Source: Candidatus Nitrosopumilus koreensis AR1 | GTDB lineage: Archaea > Thermoproteota > Nitrososphaeria > Nitrososphaerales > Nitrosopumilaceae | Assembly: GCF_000299365.1 (NCBI RefSeq) | Contig: NC_018655.1 | Location: 120,001 to 152,000 of the forward strand | Direction: 5' to 3' | DNA: 32,000 nt | Part shown: positions 26,759 to 32,000 of the stretch, piece by piece | How the letters are laid out: the number at the start of each line of letters is the position of its first letter | Position numbering within the stretch: the stretch's first letter is position 1 | The notes under the pieces: generated by a model | Told to the model about the DNA's origin: nothing | Database searches by the model: none | What the model saw: the letters and a program-made list of their open reading frames with translations, nothing else | Translations under genes and position numbers: made by a program

Positions 26759-27636
26759 AATCCTCTTAAGCCCTGAGGACGCATAATTTCTGGATGTTGT
26801 TTCATCCATTCTATCTTATCTAACATTGCCTGTTTGTCTTGAGGAAAAGTTCCTTTAATGGTATATGCATTTGAACCATGATTTGCTCTAAATACAATCT
26901 CATCTTTTGTATCAATCTGTTCGATCAAACTTTGTAATTCTTCTAATGATTCATCATCATCAATTCTAACAAATTCACCTCCAAACTTATCAAGAAATTC
27001 TTGCTTGATTCCATTTTCTAAATAGAGAGTTAATGCACCTACATAATGCGGAGAACAAGCACTGATTACTTCAGCAGTACCTTTGATATGCTCTTTTGAA
27101 TATTTTCTGCCTCCTAATCCCAAAATTACCATACATGACATAATGTAACCAGCTTCCTTTGCCTTGTTGACTGATTTGATGATAGTTTTTCCAATTGCTC
27201 CTTTAGTTACTTTTTTTAGAACAATATCTGATCCACTTTCAATTCCTAAATAAAACATATCAAGACCTGCTTCATTCATTTTTTTTAATTCATCAGATGT
27301 CTTTTTTAAAATGTTCATTGGCATTGCATAACAAGAAATCCTTTCAATCTTTGAAAATTTTTCTCTAATGTACTTTACAATTTTTATCATATATTCTGAA
27401 TCAAGATTTAGTGCATCGCCATCTGCAAGAAAAACCCTTCTAGTTTCAGGCAAATATTTTGCCATCATGTCAATTTCTGACTTTACTTCATCCCATGGCC
27501 TCTCAGAATATTCTTTTGATCTATACATGTCACAAAAAGAACATTCGTTAAATGAACAACCTAATGTTACCTGAAAAATCAATGATCTTGCTTCAGAAGG
27601 TGGTCTATACAGTGGTGCATCATAATTTAACATCAT
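26755..27636 (-). CDS. Radical SAM protein
   Basis: VTLGCSFNECSFCDMY (CX4CX2C), FLADGDAL, GIESGSD. Confidence 0.85.
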   Translation of the reverse strand: MMLNYDAPLYRPPSEARSLIFQVTLGCSFNECSFCDMYRSKEYSERPWDEVKSEIDMMAKYLPETRRVFLADGDALNLDSEYMIKIVKYIREKFSKIERISCYAMPMNILKKTSDELKKMNEAGLDMFYLGIESGSDIVLKKVTKGAIGKTIIKSVNKAKEAGYIMSCMVILGLGGRKYSKEHIKGTAEVISACSPHYVGALTLYLENGIKQEFLDKFGGEFVRIDDDESLEELQSLIEQIDTKDEIVFRANHGSNAYTIKGTFPQDKQAMLDKIEWMKQHPEIMRPQGLRGF

Positions 27637-27735
27637 TTCTTATTTCACTATTTTTGGCTGATTATGTTTTTTATACTTTCATTATATTTGCGCAAAATAC
27701 CTTTTAGTGGTAGGCAAGAAAAATTTACATTCATT

Positions 27736-28038
27736 ATGGCAAATGATCCTGATGCAAAAAGACTACTTTGGTTCATTTTTGCTGGTTCCCGTGGAGGTCT
27801 AAACAGGTTAAAAATTATTTCAAAATTAAAAGAAAATCCGTTAAACACTAACCAATTAGCAAACGAATTGGGTCTTGATTACAAAGCAATTCAGCATCAC
27901 ATTAAGGTACTTGAAAAAAATAATTTGATAACAAAAACAGGTGAAAAATACGGCATTATGTTTTTCATCTCAACTTTTTTAGAAGTAAATATGGAGACAT
28001 TTGAAGAAATTGAAGGAAAATTGGATAAAAGTAAATAA
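27736..28038 (+). CDS. Winged-helix (ArsR-like) transcriptional regulator
   Basis: RLKIISKLKENPLNTNQLANELGLDYKAIQHHIKVLEKNNLITKTG. In-frame ATG 27736 preferred over 27664. Confidence 0.85.
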   Translation: MANDPDAKRLLWFIFAGSRGGLNRLKIISKLKENPLNTNQLANELGLDYKAIQHHIKVLEKNNLITKTGEKYGIMFFISTFLEVNMETFEEIEGKLDKSK

Positions 28039-28063
28039 AAGCTCAAGAGGTGTTTTTCTCTAA

Positions 28064-28348
28064 ATGGAACCTACATCTCTGATTTTGTCAATTGTCTCAA
28101 TTATCAATATGGGCATACTTGGAATTTTGATTGTCATATTTGGAAGAATGTATGGAAAAACAAGGGCACAACTTCCGCTTGGAATGATTGTTGTTGCTGC
28201 TATGTTATTTTTACATAATGTAATTGGTGCTATGGCTTACTTTTCAATGGATCAAATTTTCTCACATGATATATTCCCATATATGTTGGGAGTTGGTGTT
28301 GCTGAGCTTGTCGGATTGATAATATTCTTAAAAATTACTTTAGATTAA
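28064..28348 (+). CDS. Small three-TM membrane protein
   Basis: 94-aa hydrophobic ORF directly after the regulator, same strand. Confidence 0.65.
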   Translation: MEPTSLILSIVSIINMGILGILIVIFGRMYGKTRAQLPLGMIVVAAMLFLHNVIGAMAYFSMDQIFSHDIFPYMLGVGVAELVGLIIFLKITLD

Positions 28349-28383
28349 TCTTAGTTTAATTGTAACAAAATTAATCAGAACAC

Positions 28384-28827
28384 ATGTTACAGGAATATCT
28401 GAAGCTTAACAAAAATATTCTAATTGCATTTGCTGCATCAATTATAATTTCGGCAATTATTGCACAAATTTTATCTGATCAGGCTGATTATCTAAACACA
28501 ACATATACTACAATTGCTGATTATCTCATTTACTTTTCTGTTTTTAGTGGATTGTTCTATATTGATAACCATAAGAAATATCGTCTAAAATCAGGTAAGA
28601 CCGACACAGAAAAATTAAAACATGATCTAAAAAGGCTTATCACTTCTCTTAGCATTGCAGAAATTATCTATACAATAGTTAGATGGGGTTTACAATATTA
28701 TTTTCTAGTGATTAATTATGATCCATATTTAGCATCAATTGCATCACAAGGAATATCTACAATTATTTACATGATAGTAATTAATCTAAGTGTAAAGATA
28801 ACGAGGCTGTATAAAGATGGGAATTAG
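28384..28827 (+). CDS. Hypothetical membrane protein
   Basis: 147-aa ORF with ~4 hydrophobic segments; overlaps the next gene by 11 nt. Confidence 0.6.
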   Translation: MLQEYLKLNKNILIAFAASIIISAIIAQILSDQADYLNTTYTTIADYLIYFSVFSGLFYIDNHKKYRLKSGKTDTEKLKHDLKRLITSLSIAEIIYTIVRWGLQYYFLVINYDPYLASIASQGISTIIYMIVINLSVKITRLYKDGN

Positions 28828-29173
28828 TGTTTATGTTGATGGTTCTGGAGGTTCTAGTGGTGGATACGGTTTTTTTGTAAAAGAAACTGGCGAATCTTTT
28901 TATGAAAAAAAACCTGAAATTACTAACAACCAGGCTGAATATTTAGCAATAATTTCTGCATTGAACAAATTTGTTGATTCTAATGAAGAAATTACAATTT
29001 ACAGCGATTCAAAAAATACTGTAAATCAACTTAATCATGAGTTTGCAATAAACAATGAACAATTACGTAATTTGGCTAGAGAAGCTTGGAATCTAATTGG
29101 AAAATTTTCTAATTTATCAATAATTTGGGTACCTAGAAAAGAGAATTTAGCAGGAAAAATGCTGGGAAGCTAA
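28817..29173 (+). CDS. RNase HI-like protein
   Basis: ISVYVDGSGGSSGGYG, ITNNQAEYLAIISAL, ITIYSDSKNTVNQL, IIWVPRKENLAGKMLG. Confidence 0.8.
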   Translation: MGISVYVDGSGGSSGGYGFFVKETGESFYEKKPEITNNQAEYLAIISALNKFVDSNEEITIYSDSKNTVNQLNHEFAINNEQLRNLAREAWNLIGKFSNLSIIWVPRKENLAGKMLGS

Positions 29174-29236
29174 ATTTTAGAGATCAGAAATTTCTATGAA
29201 TAACTTTATTATACAAAATCTTTTGATCAACGTTAC

Positions 29237-31332
29237 ATGACAGAATCTGTCGTTTTATCTCCCAAATCAATTGCAGTAATTGGTGCATCTGATAAAAGAG
29301 GAAGCGTTGGTGCTACTATCACTTCAAATATTATGAATGGGTTTAAAGGAACAGTTTATCCAATTAGTCCTTCTAGGGAGACTGTATTTTACAAAAAAGC
29401 ATACAAGAGTGTTCTAGATGTTCCAAAATCTATTGATCTTGCAGTAATCGTTATCAAAAATACATTGGTTGCACCTGTGTTAGAAGAATGTGGTAAGAAA
29501 AAATTAAAGGCGTGATTATCATCACAGCTGGATTCAAAGAAGTTGATGAAGAAGGAGCAAAACGTGAACAGGAAATCAAAGATATTGCTAAAAAATACAA
29601 AATTCAAGTTATTGGGCCCAATTGTCTTGGTGTCATGAACCTTGATCCAAAAACAATGATGAATTCTACTTTTCTTAAGATTACACCAAAATCTGGAAAA
29701 ATTGCACTTGTTTCCCAAAGTGGAGCAATTTGTGCTGCACTGGTTGAAGATGCTAGTGCCCAAGGAATTGGTTTTTCTGCAGTCGTAAGTCTTGGAAACA
29801 AAGCTGCGATGAGTGAAGTTGATGTACTAAAGATCCTTGCAAATCATAAACAAACTAAGGTCATTGTCATGTATCTTGAAGATATGGGTGATGGCCAAGA
29901 ATTCCTTAAAGTTTGTAAAAATATTACTAAAAATCTGAAAAAACCTGTACTTGTCCTCAAATCTGGACGTAGTCCTGAAGGTGCAAAGGCTGCAATGTCT
30001 CACACTGGAGCATTAATGGGTTCTGATGAAATTTATGATGCTCTTCTAAAACAATCTGGTGCAATCCGTGTTGATACAATGGAAGAATTATTTGATTATG
30101 CAACAGCTTTCTCAAAACAACCACTGCCTTCAAGTGGTGATTTAGTTATTGTTTCAAATGCTGGTGGACCTGCAATTATCTCTACAGATGCATGTTCAAA
30201 GGCTAACATTAAGATGGCTGATATTACAAATATCAGGAAAAAAATTGATGAGGTAATTCCTCCTTGGGGAAGTTCTAGAAATCCAGTAGACATTGTTGGT
30301 GATGCTGATTTTAATAGATTCCATAATGTTTTGGATCGTGTATTAAAGCATCCAAAAGTTGGTTCTGTAATTTCCATGTGTACTCCTTCTGGTACGCTAA
30401 ATTATGATAAACTTGCGGAAGTTATTGTTGATATGTCAAAAAAATACAAAAAAACAATGCTTGCAAGTTTGATGGGATTGGATGAAGGGATTACAAACAG
30501 AGAAATTTTGGCTGCAGGAAATGTTCCATATTATACATATGCTGAAGGTGCAATCAGAACACTTGCTGCCATGATTAGGTTTTCTAACTGGGTCAAATCT
30601 TCACCTGGTAAGATAACGAAATTTAAAGTAGACAAAACTAAAGCTAAAAAAATATTTGACAAAGTAAAAAAAGAGAAAAGACCAAATCTATTAGAAGAAG
30701 AAGGTCAAGAAGTTCTCAAAGCATATGGTTTACCCCTTCCTAAAAGTGCACTTGCTAAAAATGAATCTGAAGCAGTAAAAATTGCAAAGCAAATTGGTTA
30801 TCCTGTTGTAATGAAGATTGCATCTCCTCAAATTATTCATAAATCTGATGCAGGTGGTGTTAAAGTCAATTTAACAAATGATGCTGAAATTAAAGATGCT
30901 TTCAAAACTATAGTCAAGAATGCAAAACAATACAACAAAAAAGCAGAGATCAAGGGCGTCTTGATTGTAGAGATGGTTAAAGGTGGCAAAGAATTAATCA
31001 TTGGTTCAAAACTAGAACCTGGATTCGGTTCCGTAATTATGCTGGGTATGGGCGGAATTTACGTTGAAGTTCTTAAAGATGTTACATTCAAACTTGCTCC
31101 AGTAACTGACAAAGAAGCAGATGATATGATAGCATCAATTAAAACTCAAAAACTCTTACAAGGAGTTAGAGGCGAAAAACCCTCTGACATTACAAAACTC
31201 TCTGAATGCATTCAGAGACTATCACAGCTAGTTTCTGACTTTAAAGAGATCAAAGAATTAGACATGAATCCTGTTCTTGTTATGGAAAAAGGAAAGGGAT
31301 GTCGAATTCTAGATGTACGAATAGGCATCTGA
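29237..31332 (+). CDS. ADP-forming acyl-CoA synthetase, probably 4-hydroxybutyryl-CoA synthetase; interrupted by an apparent 1-nt frameshift near 29498-29503
   Basis: ORF 29237..29515 (SIAVIGASDKRGSVGATI) and ORF 29512..31332 (ITAGFKEVDEEG..., ATP-grasp ESEAVKIAKQIGYPVVMKI) form one protein if one A is added to the A6 run (KKKIKGVIIITAGF). Confidence 0.85.
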
Positions 31333-31405
31333 TCGCCATTTATTCCTAAATTTGTGCAAGCGTAAATCTAGAATATTTATACAACATGAAACTGATTATT
31401 GTTAC

Positions 31406-32000
31406 ATGGCTAATGTCTTAAAGACAATTAGAACTGGTGATGATTATATTGAAAGCCTTAGAGGCCGAGATCTCAAAGTTTACCTTTTTGGTGAACTAGT
31501 TAAAGAACCAGTGGATCATCCTATGATCAGACCCTCAATTAATGCAGTTGCAGAAACTTATGATCTTGCAGTACGTGAAGAAGCACTAGCTTCTGCTGAC
31601 TCATCAATTACTGGACTTAAAGTAAATCGATTTTTACATATTGCAGAAAGCGCTGAAGATTTAGTTTTACAAAATAAAATGCAAAGAAAACTTGGTCAAA
31701 ATACTGGTACCTGTTTCCAAAGATGTGTTGGAATGGATGCCCTGAACTCTTTACACTCTACAACTTTTGAAATTGATGAAAAACATGGAACTGATTACCA
31801 TAAAAGATTTTTAGAATTTGTAAAAATGGTTCAAAAAGAAAATCTTGTAATTGGTGGTGCCATGACTGATCCTAAGGGAGATAGAAGTAAAGGACCATCA
31901 GAACAAGATGATCCTGATCTGTTTACACGTATTGTTGATACTGATGAAAAAGGAGTTTACGTTTCTGGGGCCAAAGCACATCAAACTGGATGCATAAATT
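31406..32000 (+). CDS. 4-hydroxybutyryl-CoA dehydratase, N-terminal part (truncated by window end)
   Basis: MANVLKTIRTGDDYIESLRGRDLKVYLFGELVKEPVDHPMIRPSINAVAETYDLA...TGTCFQRCVGMDALNSL...VIGGAMTDPKGDRSKGPSEQ. Confidence 0.9.
   Translation, partial: MANVLKTIRTGDDYIESLRGRDLKVYLFGELVKEPVDHPMIRPSINAVAETYDLAVREEALASADSSITGLKVNRFLHIAESAEDLVLQNKMQRKLGQNTGTCFQRCVGMDALNSLHSTTFEIDEKHGTDYHKRFLEFVKMVQKENLVIGGAMTDPKGDRSKGPSEQDDPDLFTRIVDTDEKGVYVSGAKAHQTGCIN

Noticed and set aside
26755-27636. CX4CX2C cluster as a novel radical SAM variant
   Set aside because: As I recall, this spacing (GCSxNxCxFC) is common in a known radical SAM subgroup, so it is not unusual by itself.
29389-30377. Minus-strand ORFs opposite the acyl-CoA synthetase
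   Set aside because: Antisense shadow ORFs; the sense strand codes for a conserved protein.
1-32000. CRISPR array, rRNA genes, insertion-sequence transposases
   Set aside because: No regularly spaced direct repeats, no rRNA-like sequence and no transposase motifs were seen.

Overview
The window looks like chromosomal DNA from an ammonia-oxidising archaeon (Nitrosopumilus-like Thaumarchaeota/Nitrososphaeria); this is inferred from gene content, with no database search. Left ~6 kb: accessory-looking region with a GHKL-like C-terminal fragment, a zinc-ribbon protein, two small membrane proteins, a class III nucleotide cyclase-like protein, a DGxHR-motif protein and a tyrosine recombinase. Remainder: conserved backbone with a PLP aminotransferase, F420-linked genes, a terminal oxidase cluster (apparently split subunit II, subunit I, duplicated cupredoxin, half-size CtaA), a histidine kinase/response regulator pair, ilvE, aspartate kinase, a glycosyltransferase, a CcdA/YHS/thioredoxin-like cassette, a radical SAM protein, RNase H-like protein, and the 3HP/4HB-cycle pair ADP-forming acyl-CoA synthetase (frameshifted here) and 4-hydroxybutyryl-CoA dehydratase (truncated at the window end). 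I fold three tRNAs: Arg-TCG (-), Lys-CTT (+), Val-TAC (+). Main leads: (1) a cyclase-like plus membrane protein operon next to a recombinase, superficially Pycsar-like; (2) a ~110-nt, pseudoknot-capable structured RNA candidate at ~20641-20757 with a TATA-like palindrome at the right distance upstream; (3) two small genes absent from the ORF track, a 53-aa Cys-rich protein and a 45-aa YHS-type protein; (4) secreted proteins predicted to have a histidine at the mature N-terminus.
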